64,000 nt of DNA from IMG/VR virus record IMGVR_UViG_3300026382_000001; one strand, given 5' to 3'. The first letter of the stretch is position 1, and each line of letters starts with the position of its first letter. The position numbers were made by a program, and so were the translations under genes. Positions 28,919 to 39,144 of the stretch are shown piece after piece. The notes below the pieces were generated by a model, which was not told where the DNA came from, did no database searches, and worked only from the letters and a program-made list of their open reading frames with translations. Source of the DNA: a virus. Taxonomy: Duplodnaviria > Heunggongvirae > Uroviricota > Caudoviricetes.

Positions 28919-29653
28919 TTAATTTATTAAATTTAAATAATCTTTTTCAATATATTTTCTAAATAAATTTACAAGTTTTTCTAAATCTGTATTTTGAATA
29001 ACTGATTTATAAATTTTGTAATAATTATTTTGGGTATTGACATGATCTTCAAATATATCTCTTGAATCTTCTAAAGTATTTTTCTTACTTAGTTCCATAA
29101 CTTCATCTATTATATTGATAAAATTACTCATCTTTTTAATTTTTTTATCTAATTGTTCTAAAAGTAAATCTTTTATTTTATAAATATTATCATTATCGTA
29201 ATCAAGTACTCTATATAAAATAGTTTCGCTTGGTGTATTAAAAGTATCTTCTAGTACTAATGAATCACTTGGGTTTAGTGTACTTAACGTATTATAATCT
29301 TTTAGAATAGGTTTTAAAATTTCATATGGCAGTATTTGCATAAAAAATAATATAAATTTTTTGAGAAATATTTTTTTCTCGTATTCGTTTTTATGAGTTA
29401 AATAATTTATATCTATATTTAAATAATTTTCGTTTACTTCGTTAATAAATTTTTCTATTAATTCATTAGAAGCAAATTCAAATTCATCTGGTTGTAGTTT
29501 TTCTATGTCACCTTCAAATAAATAATAGTTAAAATTTTTAATATCCGTATCTAATAAAAATTTACTTTCAGATAGAATATCCTCCAAAGTTGGAAGATAT
29601 TCTTGAGTTGGCAAATTATTATCAGACGTGTCTGTATTTGAATAAAATATCAT
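28919..29653 (-). CDS. Hypothetical acidic helical protein
   Basis: 244-aa ORF with RBS and upstream ATAGATAT core. Confidence 0.7.
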   Translation of the reverse strand: MIFYSNTDTSDNNLPTQEYLPTLEDILSESKFLLDTDIKNFNYYLFEGDIEKLQPDEFEFASNELIEKFINEVNENYLNIDINYLTHKNEYEKKIFLKKFILFFMQILPYEILKPILKDYNTLSTLNPSDSLVLEDTFNTPSETILYRVLDYDNDNIYKIKDLLLEQLDKKIKKMSNFINIIDEVMELSKKNTLEDSRDIFEDHVNTQNNYYKIYKSVIQNTDLEKLVNLFRKYIEKDYLNLIN

Positions 29654-29706
29654 AATTGTTCCTTAATTTCTTGTCTGATCATTAACTATATCTATACTTT
29701 AATACT

Positions 29707-30234
29707 TTAAGCTACGGATTTTTTTATAGTTTCTAAATCGACTTCGGTATAATTATGATGTTTATCTTTTAATTTTAAAACGCGTTTATTATTACCTTTT
29801 TGTGCTGCAACATGTACCCAACCAGTTGGAAAATATTCTCCAATAAGTTCTTTATAATTTAATTCTTTTTCAATGTATTCTAATACATCAAATAAAGAGA
29901 TACTTTTATTATATGGTTCAATATCAGCAGCTAAACCATAAGCATGATTACTATGACTATTACTTCCAATAGCCAAACATAGTTCTACACTTCTATACCC
30001 TGAATTAATTTTAATTGGACCAAATTTATCTCTAACTGGTTGAATAACCGTGTCTACCAAATATTGAATTCTTGGAAGATATTCTCTTGGTATATCGTTA
30101 TCGATACCTTTTCTAAGAGCTGTGCTACTGTACATAAATTCGCTTAATTTAAAATTTTTTGATAATTTAATAGTTAAAGCTTCACTATATTTAATAACAT
30201 CTTTAATATCTAATTCTTTTTCTATATTTACCAT
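29707..30234 (-). CDS. Peptidase M15A family endolysin
   Basis: LSKNFKLSEF, INSGYRS, SNHAYGLAADI, WVHV zinc-binding motifs. Confidence 0.88.
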   Translation of the reverse strand: MVNIEKELDIKDVIKYSEALTIKLSKNFKLSEFMYSSTALRKGIDNDIPREYLPRIQYLVDTVIQPVRDKFGPIKINSGYRSVELCLAIGSNSHSNHAYGLAADIEPYNKSISLFDVLEYIEKELNYKELIGEYFPTGWVHVAAQKGNNKRVLKLKDKHHNYTEVDLETIKKSVA

Positions 30235-30932
30235 AATGGTTCCTTTAATTCGGTATTTGTTTTATTTTTGTAAAGAGTTTTTCTATAAAAATTACATAAT
30301 TCATTGGAAATTTTATAATTTATTGGATCTTTATTAAATAATGAATTTTCATTATTTAAAAATAAATAACATTCCATATCTTTATCTAAATAAATAATAG
30401 TTTTTAAAAATTTAGTTGGAACTGCTATTTTATGTTTACCAATTCTTTTAATTGGTTCTTCAAAAAATATATAATTTTCAATTTTTAATTTTTTATAAAT
30501 TATTACCTGATATCGTACATACGCTTCTAAATATTTCCAAACTTTTCTATTAAGATTTGGTAATTGTGGAGTTATATTTGACATAATATAAACATTTTTT
30601 AATACAGTTTGATTATAATCGAATAAGGCATCTGGTGCCATATGTCCTCTATCGTAACCAGAATGCGTGTAATCCGATGTATAAGATCTATATTTTTTAG
30701 GAATTTTTTTATCTGATCTAAATCCTGGACGTTTCGTAATATTCAATTTATTTGTATTTTCATCAAATATTGTATACTGTACTTTAACTGGTTCTTTATA
30801 TTTATAGTTGTAATAAATTATATATGGATGTTCTTTAGTACTTGGGATAATTTGATCATATACTTCCGCATGTATAATAGTTCCCAAAAACATTACTGCA
30901 ACAAATGGAATAATTTTTAAATATTTTTTCAT
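30228..30932 (-). CDS. Secreted DNA/RNA non-specific endonuclease (NucA/EndA type)
   Basis: Signal peptide; SGYDRGHMAP, SNITPQ, NRKVWKYLE. Confidence 0.9.
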   Translation of the reverse strand: MKKYLKIIPFVAVMFLGTIIHAEVYDQIIPSTKEHPYIIYYNYKYKEPVKVQYTIFDENTNKLNITKRPGFRSDKKIPKKYRSYTSDYTHSGYDRGHMAPDALFDYNQTVLKNVYIMSNITPQLPNLNRKVWKYLEAYVRYQVIIYKKLKIENYIFFEEPIKRIGKHKIAVPTKFLKTIIYLDKDMECYLFLNNENSLFNKDPINYKISNELCNFYRKTLYKNKTNTELKEPLW

Positions 30933-30934
30933 AA

Positions 30935-31390
30935 TTATCCTTGAACCGATTGTTGGCCAGTTTTAGTCAATGAATAATTTTTAACAGCTTTCTCAACACT
31001 TCTACCAACTACATAACCACCAAGACCTATTTTCAGAAGTGCCCACATATCTGGCGGAATTTCTAAAGCTTGTGCGCCTACACCAAACATACTAAGATAT
31101 GGATAAATAATATAATTATTAGCGATAATAAAAACGAATGTTAACATAGTAAGTGGTCTCCAATTTCTAGCTAACCAAGATTCACTTTGGGCTTCTGCTT
31201 TAACTATACCACCTTGTTGTTTAATAATTTCAGTATGATAATTTTGCAAAGATTCCTGCATCTTTAATTGATATTGTTGAATACCTGCTTCCAACTTAGC
31301 TTTTTGCTCTGGACTTAAATCTGGGGGAAAATAAGATTTAATTAAATCACCACCAGTTTTAATAATGTCCCCAATAAATGGAATTGTCAT
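30935..31390 (-). CDS. Holin (3TM holin family)
   Basis: AEAQSESWLARNWRP...LGLGGYVVGRSVEK. Confidence 0.85.
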   Translation of the reverse strand: MTIPFIGDIIKTGGDLIKSYFPPDLSPEQKAKLEAGIQQYQLKMQESLQNYHTEIIKQQGGIVKAEAQSESWLARNWRPLTMLTFVFIIANNYIIYPYLSMFGVGAQALEIPPDMWALLKIGLGGYVVGRSVEKAVKNYSLTKTGQQSVQG

Positions 31391-31708
31391 TTTTGGTTCC
31401 TTTATTTATATTCTATTGTATTTATATGAGTTAGCTCATATCCATAAGAATGATATTCTAAGTATTTATTCTCAAATAATTCTAGAATCTTTTTTTCGGC
31501 TTCCCATATATCAAAAGATTCTACATTAATAACCAAACTTTGATTATCTTTGCTTATTAGTTTTCCTTGAAATTTCATACCATTTCCTTTTAATTAAATA
31601 AATTTGGAATATCAATTAATGGTGTTCCATCTAAATAAGCACCAAGTACCACAAGGACACTTATCGCAACTACTATTATAATTTTTGTACTAACATTCAT
31701 ATTAATCC

Positions 31709-32029
31709 TTATACCAATATATCTAGTTTTTTGTATTTTGGTTTTTCTTTTTTAGTTTTTTCTTTTATAGTTTTTTCTTTTATAATTTCTCTAGCCGAGT
31801 TAGAGATACCGGAAATAGTCTGTTTATCGAACTTAATTATTTTATCTTTTTTAGGTTTAACTTCTTTAGGAGTTCCAATATTATCATTGGTTGATAAACC
31901 TTTCATTAATTTTTTTAAATTATTTGGATTATCCCTAACTTTTGAAATAACTACTGCTTTAGTAAGAGCTTTTTCTAATCTTCTAGAAGCTTCCTCTAAA
32001 ATTATTTTTTTATCTATTTTATAAATCAT
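31709..32029 (-). CDS. Putative internal virion protein (Lys-rich)
   Basis: N-terminal MIYKIDKKIILEE motif. Confidence 0.6.
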   Translation of the reverse strand: MIYKIDKKIILEEASRRLEKALTKAVVISKVRDNPNNLKKLMKGLSTNDNIGTPKEVKPKKDKIIKFDKQTISGISNSAREIIKEKTIKEKTKKEKPKYKKLDILV

Positions 32030-32693
32030 TTAAAATTTCCTTTTCCTTTTTTGCCTTTTTTTGTTGTTGTTTTTCAGCTTTTGCTAAGGCTTTATCAGTT
32101 TCAAGATCTTTAATATCACCCATGATTCGTTGAACTTCATCATTCATATAAGTAAATTTAGGTATCTTTTTTCGTCTTGGGTATAATTCTAAATAATATT
32201 TATTTATTTTATTCTGCTCTGATTTTTTAATTTTAATACGTTTAGGTACTTCATTAGGATGAATATAATAAATATCTGTATTATCATACGTTTCCACATA
32301 ATCACCATTTTCTAAATAATCAGCAGTATTTCTTAAAAATTCTGGTAAAGATATTGGATGTTTTGATTCATCCGAACCAAAGTATCTTTTAAAAGCATTT
32401 TCCATTTTACCAGCCAAAGCATTTGCTCTAAAATCTAAAAAGGTTCTGATAGTACCTTTATTAGGTCCAGGAAAATCTGATTTCAGTTTATGTTTATGGT
32501 CTAAAACTGCCTTATCTAAGGGAATTTCTATTCCAAGAATAGGACAAATTTTATTTTGTCGTTTCCAAATTCTTTCTTTAAGTACTTTAATATCTTTCGA
32601 TTTCATATAAATTAATTTAATATCATTATCATAATCTATAATTTCATTATCTTTAAATTCCGGATTTAGTTTTTGTAATTCTTGATTTGCCAT
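32019..32693 (-). CDS. Endonuclease VII-like nuclease / Holliday junction resolvase
   Basis: QNKICPILG...AVLDHKH...GTIR...ANALAGKME His-Me finger pattern. Confidence 0.75.
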   Translation of the reverse strand: MANQELQKLNPEFKDNEIIDYDNDIKLIYMKSKDIKVLKERIWKRQNKICPILGIEIPLDKAVLDHKHKLKSDFPGPNKGTIRTFLDFRANALAGKMENAFKRYFGSDESKHPISLPEFLRNTADYLENGDYVETYDNTDIYYIHPNEVPKRIKIKKSEQNKINKYYLELYPRRKKIPKFTYMNDEVQRIMGDIKDLETDKALAKAEKQQQKKAKKEKEILNDL

Positions 32694-32723
32694 TTTATTT
32701 CCATTTAATTAATTTTTATTATT

Positions 32724-32963
32724 TTATTGGGCCTGTTTTAGTCTTGGATCGTTTAATGTTTTATATATCGAACCACCTAAAAAAGAACCAGTTATAATAC
32801 CAGGAACTGCTGTAAATGGCATATAATTACCATCATTTAATGCCATCGCTGTACCAACAGTAGCAGCTCCACCAAGTAATGCTCCACCCATATTGGAGGC
32901 CATTAAACCTTCTTTATTACCAAGTTCTTCTAAAACGACTTGTTTATTTATATCTATTTTCAT
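32724..32963 (-). CDS. Putative internal virion protein with glycine-rich hydrophobic helices (start revised)
   Basis: MKIDINKQVVLEE after AAGGA RBS; GGALLGGAA. Confidence 0.65.
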   Translation of the reverse strand: MKIDINKQVVLEELGNKEGLMASNMGGALLGGAATVGTAMALNDGNYMPFTAVPGIITGSFLGGSIYKTLNDPRLKQAQ

Positions 32964-32973
32964 ATTATTTTCC

Positions 32974-33177
32974 TTATTTCCAATTACAATCACACTTATT
33001 ATTAAATACATTATTCCAGTAAATACTTACGTATCTTTGACGTAAACGAGTATATTTATATTCATGAAAATTATTTCTATTGTTTATTTTTTCATATTTA
33101 TCTAATTCTTTTTCTAAACCATAATAAGTTCTTGGTATTTTTATAAAAATACCGTAAATCTTATTTAAAAAATTCAT
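32974..33177 (-). CDS. Hypothetical protein
   Basis: 67-aa ORF in operon. Confidence 0.5.
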   Translation of the reverse strand: MNFLNKIYGIFIKIPRTYYGLEKELDKYEKINNRNNFHEYKYTRLRQRYVSIYWNNVFNNKCDCNWK

Positions 33178-33178
33178 T

Positions 33179-33592
33179 TTAATTTCCTAGAATTGTACTA
33201 AGTTTTTCCTGAAGTACTTGTGGAGTAAAGGGTTTAACTATATAATTATTAACTCCGGCTTTAAGAGCTTGAATAACTGAAGATTTACCACCTTCCGTAG
33301 TAATCATTATAATTGGGATATTGCTGTACTGATCTGCTTTACGAATTAACTTTACTAATTCTAAACCATTTCTATTTGGCATATTCCAATCTGTCATTAT
33401 AATATCATAAGGTACTTCTTCTCCAGATGTTAAATCTAAATGAGGGTTTTGTAATAAATCCCATGCTTCTATACCATCTAAAGCTGTATCAATATTTTCT
33501 TTTGGTATACCAACTCTTATTAAAGAATTTGTAATAATTCTAAGCATCGTTTTAGAATCATCAACTACTAAAATTTTTAAATCTTTATTCAT
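33179..33592 (-). CDS. cheY: CheY chemotaxis response regulator
   Basis: LVVDDS, TDWNMP, NGLELVK, MITTEGGK, ALKAGVNNYIVKPFTPQVL; matches Campylobacterota CheY as I recall it. Confidence 0.92.
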   Translation of the reverse strand: MNKDLKILVVDDSKTMLRIITNSLIRVGIPKENIDTALDGIEAWDLLQNPHLDLTSGEEVPYDIIMTDWNMPNRNGLELVKLIRKADQYSNIPIIMITTEGGKSSVIQALKAGVNNYIVKPFTPQVLQEKLSTILGN

Positions 33593-33596
33593 TTAA

Positions 33597-34193
33597 TTAT
33601 CCTGTACTATCTATAAAATTAATTATCGATTGAGGTATTTTATCAAAGCTATCATAACTTTTAGAGCGGGCTCTATGTGTTGTTATAAAGAACTTTCCTG
33701 TTGGTTTACCTCGCTTAAGTTCTTCTTTACAACTAAACCCTTTCTTTTCTTTAATACCTGTACATCGTACAATTTGAGACTTTTCTGGTTTACTTTCAGA
33801 AGCTTCTGTTAAAACTGTTTTATTTTCGTTTGGTTTTTTAGAAAATACTTCTTTAAATTTTTCTTTATTTTTAATGGTTGTTGGATGATTATCACCTAAT
33901 CTTTTATTTTGATTATCCACTGCTTTAATAAGTTTTCTAGAAATTTTAAAAACTTTAGAAGCTTCTGTAAAATATTTTTTAGATTTATATACTCCTGCAG
34001 CTCCACCAAGGGCTGCTCCAACACCAGCACCACCAAAAGGATTACCTAGAACTTCACCAGTTAATGCACCAATAGTACCACCAGCTATAGTTGTACCAAG
34101 TGTTAGTCCAAGAGCTTTTCCTTGAGCATTTGGATTTTTTAGATTATTAACATACTCTAAAAAATTTTTTTTATTTAATAATATTTTTGCCAT
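33597..34193 (-). CDS. Putative internal virion protein with glycine zipper
   Basis: MAKILLNKKNFLE; GAGVGAALGGAAG; internal repeated TEAS sites. Confidence 0.65.
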   Translation of the reverse strand: MAKILLNKKNFLEYVNNLKNPNAQGKALGLTLGTTIAGGTIGALTGEVLGNPFGGAGVGAALGGAAGVYKSKKYFTEASKVFKISRKLIKAVDNQNKRLGDNHPTTIKNKEKFKEVFSKKPNENKTVLTEASESKPEKSQIVRCTGIKEKKGFSCKEELKRGKPTGKFFITTHRARSKSYDSFDKIPQSIINFIDSTG

Positions 34194-34202
34194 AATTTTA
34201 CC

Positions 34203-34625
34203 TTATTTATATATACTGTTTTTTTCACCAATTACTTTTTTATGAAGATTTGGTAAATGTTTATTAGCCTTATCCGACGTATACCAAGCAGTAGCAATTG
34301 CTGGAATAGATGCCGCTAACTTAGAACTATCACTATCTATATCCATATCCATACCATTATCAACTGCTATATCCTGAGCTCCTCTGGCTACTCCGTATGC
34401 TAAACCACCTAAAGTTAATTTAGTCAAGGCTTGAGTTCCCATACGTAATCCAAGATCTTGGGCAATTGCTATATCATCTTTACTATATTTTGGCTTTAAA
34501 GTTCCTAAATCGCTGTAACTTTTTACGGCAAATGTTGGTAAAGGACTTTCGTGAAATCCTTTATTGACTCCTATCATAAAACCAGAACTTTCAAGAAGTT
34601 CTTTTTTATTTATATTTATTTTCAT
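34203..34625 (-). CDS. Putative internal virion protein (start revised)
   Basis: MKININKKELLES; hydrophobic Gly/Ala helices. Confidence 0.65.
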   Translation of the reverse strand: MKININKKELLESSGFMIGVNKGFHESPLPTFAVKSYSDLGTLKPKYSKDDIAIAQDLGLRMGTQALTKLTLGGLAYGVARGAQDIAVDNGMDMDIDSDSSKLAASIPAIATAWYTSDKANKHLPNLHKKVIGEKNSIYK

Positions 34626-34953
34626 GGAAAACCTTTGTACGTTTTCTTGATTCAATTAACATGTTTTCTCTAGAAAGAGTTTCTAAACTCTTTCTATCAG
34701 GTGAAGAAATACTTACTAAATTTGGCTTTTCTAGAGAATATTTTTGTAATTTAGAAAATGATATTCTTTTAGCTTTATATTTTTCTTTTTTAGAATTAAT
34801 TTTATTATCTATATAATCAATACCATAATTTAATTCAAAAACCATTTCTAATTCTTCTTCTAAACTTTTATTATTATATTTATCTAAATCTAAAATATCT
34901 TCCTTTTTAGCCATTTTTAACATAAATGTTAAACTATCTTCAATTTTTTTCAT
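34606..34953 (-). CDS. Hypothetical protein
   Basis: 115-aa ORF with RBS. Confidence 0.6.
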   Translation of the reverse strand: MKKIEDSLTFMLKMAKKEDILDLDKYNNKSLEEELEMVFELNYGIDYIDNKINSKKEKYKAKRISFSKLQKYSLEKPNLVSISSPDRKSLETLSRENMLIESRKRTKVFHENKYK

Positions 34954-34969
34954 TATTTTCCTTTAATTT

Positions 34970-37900
34970 TTATAAGTTTGGTTTTAACATAGCGCCGTAA
35001 AAATACGTTTCTATAAGTTTTTTAGTTTTAGATAATTTTTCTGTTTCCTCATCTAATTCTAAATCATCTTGACTAGGAACTTTACCAGTTTTTAGAATAC
35101 TATTATTTAATTTATTAGTAGCCACGGCATTATCTGATTTCATAAAATGCATTTCTTTTAAAAGAGCTGTACTTTTTCTATAACTTAAACCAAACATATC
35201 GTATAATCCAATACGAACTGCCCCATTACCTTCTTTAGTACCAGAACGTCCCTGTCCAGTTACAGCAGATTTTTTAATATTTACGGAACCACGAACGTTT
35301 GCCATAAATTGTGGAATATGTTCTAATAACGCAATTGGGGCAATACCAACTGGTACTTCTCTTTCGGAAACTGTTCCATCTTCTTCTCGAATAATTACTT
35401 TTTCATTTAAAGGTATTTTTAAAAAGGCAGCTGCTTTTTTAATATCTTCCATAAGTAATTTATTTTTAAATGGAGTTACTAGTATTGGAAAAGCCGGTTT
35501 TTGTAAAGGATCGGATTGTTTTACCATAGTAATAATTTCTTTTGGCGAATTTTGAAAATAATCTTTTACATATCCAATTAATTCTTTATCTTTAGTTTTA
35601 TCAAGGAAATACAATGTTTCTAATAATAATTTTTCAGCCTCTTTCAATCTAGAACTTTCTATAAGTTCTTTTAATTTTTTATTTAAAAAATAAGATATTT
35701 TTCCAGTGTACATACTAAGAACTACTGAAATATTTTTACGAGATATATTTGAAATAGGAGTTGGTAAAAATTCTATTTTTAAACCGGTTTTTTCTGCAAT
35801 CGGTTCTTTTCCTTCTGGGATCATATATTGAACGGTCCCTTTACCACCAGAACTTCCAAGTAATGTAAACTTAGAACCATTTTGAATAGGATTTGGATAC
35901 TCGATATACATTTCTATAATTGTTCCATCGAATACGTCGTTATTTAATTTATGTCCACCAACAACGGTCGATTTAAGATTATTTATCTGATCTTGACAAT
36001 TCATTTGTTTTACTGGATCTAATAATTCTTTACAATTTTTAATTTTTTTCTGTAATTCTTTATTAAGTAATTTCCATTCACTAAGTAATTTTGAATCAAT
36101 ACTTTGAGAATTAATTAAAATATTAACCGTTTTAATTTTTCCACCTGGTGAATTATATCTAATATTTCCTTGATGAAAGTTACGTCCAATACTTACATCA
36201 AAACCATCTGTAGCTTCCCCATCCATACTTTCGGTAGCCGATTGAACTAATGCTTCAACTGATTCATTACCTTTAGTACTAGAATATTCTATTAATACAT
36301 CACCTGGTTTAGTTTCTTGACCGACTTTTATTTTATATTCTAAAATATTTGATTCTCTATCAATAGGAATTAAAATACGTTTTAATAAAGTATTTTTAAA
36401 TTTTTTACCTATGCTTTCTGAAACAGCCCAACCATCTTCATAGTTCATACCACGATAGGACATTAAAGCAATTACTAGATTTTTACCAACCGCTAACTTA
36501 CCAGTTTTTAAAGAAGAAGTTGTAGCAAGTACCTGACCTTTTCTAACTTTTTCACCATTCTTTACTAAAGGGGTTAATTTAAGTGGTAAGTAAACACCAC
36601 GTGAAGTTCTAGACATTACATCATCTAAATTAAAATAATCTTTTGAACCAGATTTATATTTTAATTCCATTTCATGATCTAAACGGATTACTTTACCATC
36701 TTCCTTAGCTTTAATAGCAAATCTATCTGAAACCAGATGTGGTACAATAGCTTCCATTCCAGTTTGTACTAAAGGTTCGTCTGGGGATTCTATTTGAGTA
36801 AATTGGGAAACTTGTTGATTACCCATAATACGTCTAGTTGTATCATCGTACTCAAAAAATGGACTAAGACTATCAGTAGCACTAAGTAAATCTAAACCAT
36901 TAATATCATTATCAAATGGACGAACTAAAATATTTCCAAATCTATCTTTAATAATAGCTTTATTACTAAGAGTTTGATTAAGTCCAATTCCACTGTACTC
37001 ATTAGTAGTACTTGGAGAAATAGTTCCAAAATAAGATTTATTTAAATCGCGACGCTGCATATTAATCTGTTCTTGTTTAGGATTTCCAACACCTGTTTTA
37101 GTAATTTTATTACTAAGAGTAAGTTCTGCTAATGGATTAATATTTTGAGAGTACTGTAACATACCACTAGCTTGTAATTCTTTTGAAATAAAATTTGGAT
37201 CAATATCTAATTTAATATTATATTGTCCTTTATTATTTTTCATGTATCCAATACCTTGTTGAAGTACTTTATAAGCAAGATGGGTAATACTTTCAGACAT
37301 ACGAATTCTTAAATTACTTAAATCAGAAATATCTTCTATTTTACCATTAATAAGTTTATCCGGCATAAACTTACCAAATACTTCCATAAAATCACTTGGA
37401 TCTCCTTTAGAAGCAAGAACCTTTTTAGTAGTAATATCTATAAAATTTGTTTTCGAATTTTTAAGATTTAGGTACTTATTTAAAGAATAATATTTACTAA
37501 AATATTTTTCCATAGTTTTAGGATTATCTAAATCTTTATCCGAAATCATATGTTCTCCGGATGGAAATAATCTTGTAGCTTCTTTACGAATACCGTTTAC
37601 TAAGTATTCATCAAATAAAGAATTAGTAAATATATTTAAAAATCCTGGTTCATTCCCTTGTTTTATACGAACGCTTAAAAAAGCCGTTCTATCTTTGGTT
37701 TTACTTTTAGAATATTTTAATCCATAATATCTTAATGTTCCAAGAATACCTTTATGAATAAATAATAAAAGAACTAAAGGAAAATTACTAGCAAACATAC
37801 GAAGACTAAAATAAACAACACTTGTTTTATTTTTTTTATCCACTCGATTATGTTTCGTTTTTTCGTCTGAAATGTTATTATATAATCCAATAATAAAACT

Positions 37901-38083
37901 ATTTAATTGAGATTTTGGAAAAGTTTTTATATCCTGATCTTGGGTATAATATTGAATATCATCATTACCTGGGGTAATAAAAGCATATTCTAATAATTCC
38001 CCACTTTCACTAAACTTTTCGTAAAATCTTAATTTACCATCTTTTTCATTCTCAAAATTTATTTTAATTTTTGATTTTGGCAT
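34970..38083 (-). CDS. rpoB: RNA polymerase beta subunit, central and C-terminal part (putative virion RNAP)
   Basis: INPLAEL, SYFGTISPSTT, DDTTRRIMGNQQVSQ, GKNLVIALMSYRGMNYEDG, GSKF...GGKGTV, GAVRIG. Confidence 0.92.
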   Translation of the reverse strand: MPKSKIKINFENEKDGKLRFYEKFSESGELLEYAFITPGNDDIQYYTQDQDIKTFPKSQLNSFIIGLYNNISDEKTKHNRVDKKNKTSVVYFSLRMFASNFPLVLLLFIHKGILGTLRYYGLKYSKSKTKDRTAFLSVRIKQGNEPGFLNIFTNSLFDEYLVNGIRKEATRLFPSGEHMISDKDLDNPKTMEKYFSKYYSLNKYLNLKNSKTNFIDITTKKVLASKGDPSDFMEVFGKFMPDKLINGKIEDISDLSNLRIRMSESITHLAYKVLQQGIGYMKNNKGQYNIKLDIDPNFISKELQASGMLQYSQNINPLAELTLSNKITKTGVGNPKQEQINMQRRDLNKSYFGTISPSTTNEYSGIGLNQTLSNKAIIKDRFGNILVRPFDNDINGLDLLSATDSLSPFFEYDDTTRRIMGNQQVSQFTQIESPDEPLVQTGMEAIVPHLVSDRFAIKAKEDGKVIRLDHEMELKYKSGSKDYFNLDDVMSRTSRGVYLPLKLTPLVKNGEKVRKGQVLATTSSLKTGKLAVGKNLVIALMSYRGMNYEDGWAVSESIGKKFKNTLLKRILIPIDRESNILEYKIKVGQETKPGDVLIEYSSTKGNESVEALVQSATESMDGEATDGFDVSIGRNFHQGNIRYNSPGGKIKTVNILINSQSIDSKLLSEWKLLNKELQKKIKNCKELLDPVKQMNCQDQINNLKSTVVGGHKLNNDVFDGTIIEMYIEYPNPIQNGSKFTLLGSSGGKGTVQYMIPEGKEPIAEKTGLKIEFLPTPISNISRKNISVVLSMYTGKISYFLNKKLKELIESSRLKEAEKLLLETLYFLDKTKDKELIGYVKDYFQNSPKEIITMVKQSDPLQKPAFPILVTPFKNKLLMEDIKKAAAFLKIPLNEKVIIREEDGTVSEREVPVGIAPIALLEHIPQFMANVRGSVNIKKSAVTGQGRSGTKEGNGAVRIGLYDMFGLSYRKSTALLKEMHFMKSDNAVATNKLNNSILKTGKVPSQDDLELDEETEKLSKTKKLIETYFYGAMLKPNL

Positions 38084-38159
38084 AGATATTTCCTTTATAT
38101 TTTTAATATTATTTAGTTAATTTTTAATAATTTAGATTTTATTTTTGGAGATGAATTAA

Positions 38160-38388
38160 TAACTATTCATAGTGCGTGGTATTAATAGTTAACTATTAAT
38201 AGTTGTTTGTTTTTAAAATCTCTAGCTAACAGATTTTAAAATAAACTTAAAATCAAAAACCAAGTCCCCTATTTTCCGGTGTTATAAAGGATTGAAAATT
38301 TAACTATTTCTTAAATTTTAGGTTTTAAAATTTTTTGTCTTTTTGAAATAACTGGCTATAGTAGGTTAGTTGACACTATGACTAGTTA
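38160..38388 (+). repeat. 229-bp intergenic repeat, copy B
   Basis: Matches copies A and C; ends TAACTATTCATAGTG / CACTATGACTAGTTA. Confidence 0.93.
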
Positions 38389-38445
38389 TTTCATAGTTAT
38401 AGTTCCATAGATATTATTACTATTAAAATAAATTAGGAAAAAAAT

Positions 38446-39144
38446 ATGAAGAAGTCAGTATCAGAACATATAAAAGATTTTAAAAATGTTCATGGTGATA
38501 AATACGACTATAGTAAAGTTCAATATAAAAATACTATGACTAAGATAGAAATTATTTGTCCAGAACATGGAAGTTTTTTCCAGAAACCAAATACTCATAA
38601 ACAAGGACATGGATGTAAAAAATACCAATATAAAAAATTAAGAAATCCTTTAGAAAAGATAATAAAAGAATTAGAATTAATATATGGAGATAAATATAAT
38701 TATTCAAAAATAAATTATAAAAATTCTAGATCATCCATTATTATTGGATGTCCAATACATGATGATTTTAGAACAACCTTTGACTATTTTCGTCTTGGTT
38801 ATGGTTGCCCAATATGTAATACTTCAAAAGGGGAAATAAAAATAGCTAAATTTTTAAAAAATAACACTCTTAATTTTTTATCAGAATATACTTTTAAAAA
38901 TTGTAAAAAAAACGGAATTTTAAGATTTGATTTTTATTTACCGGATCATAATATATTAATAGAATTTGATGGAGAACAACATTATAAACCTATAAAATTT
39001 TTTGGTGGAGAAAAAGAATTTAAAAAATTACAAGAACGTGATAAAATTAAAACAGAATATTGTAAAAAAAATAATATTAAACTTATACGAATTCCATACA
39101 CGGAATTTAATAATATAGAAAAAATACTAAAGGAAGAAATATGA
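38446..39144 (+). CDS. Zinc-repeat homing-type endonuclease (two repeats)
   Basis: CPEHG repeats; FDFY...IEFDGEQH. Confidence 0.85.
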   Translation: MKKSVSEHIKDFKNVHGDKYDYSKVQYKNTMTKIEIICPEHGSFFQKPNTHKQGHGCKKYQYKKLRNPLEKIIKELELIYGDKYNYSKINYKNSRSSIIIGCPIHDDFRTTFDYFRLGYGCPICNTSKGEIKIAKFLKNNTLNFLSEYTFKNCKKNGILRFDFYLPDHNILIEFDGEQHYKPIKFFGGEKEFKKLQERDKIKTEYCKKNNIKLIRIPYTEFNNIEKILKEEI

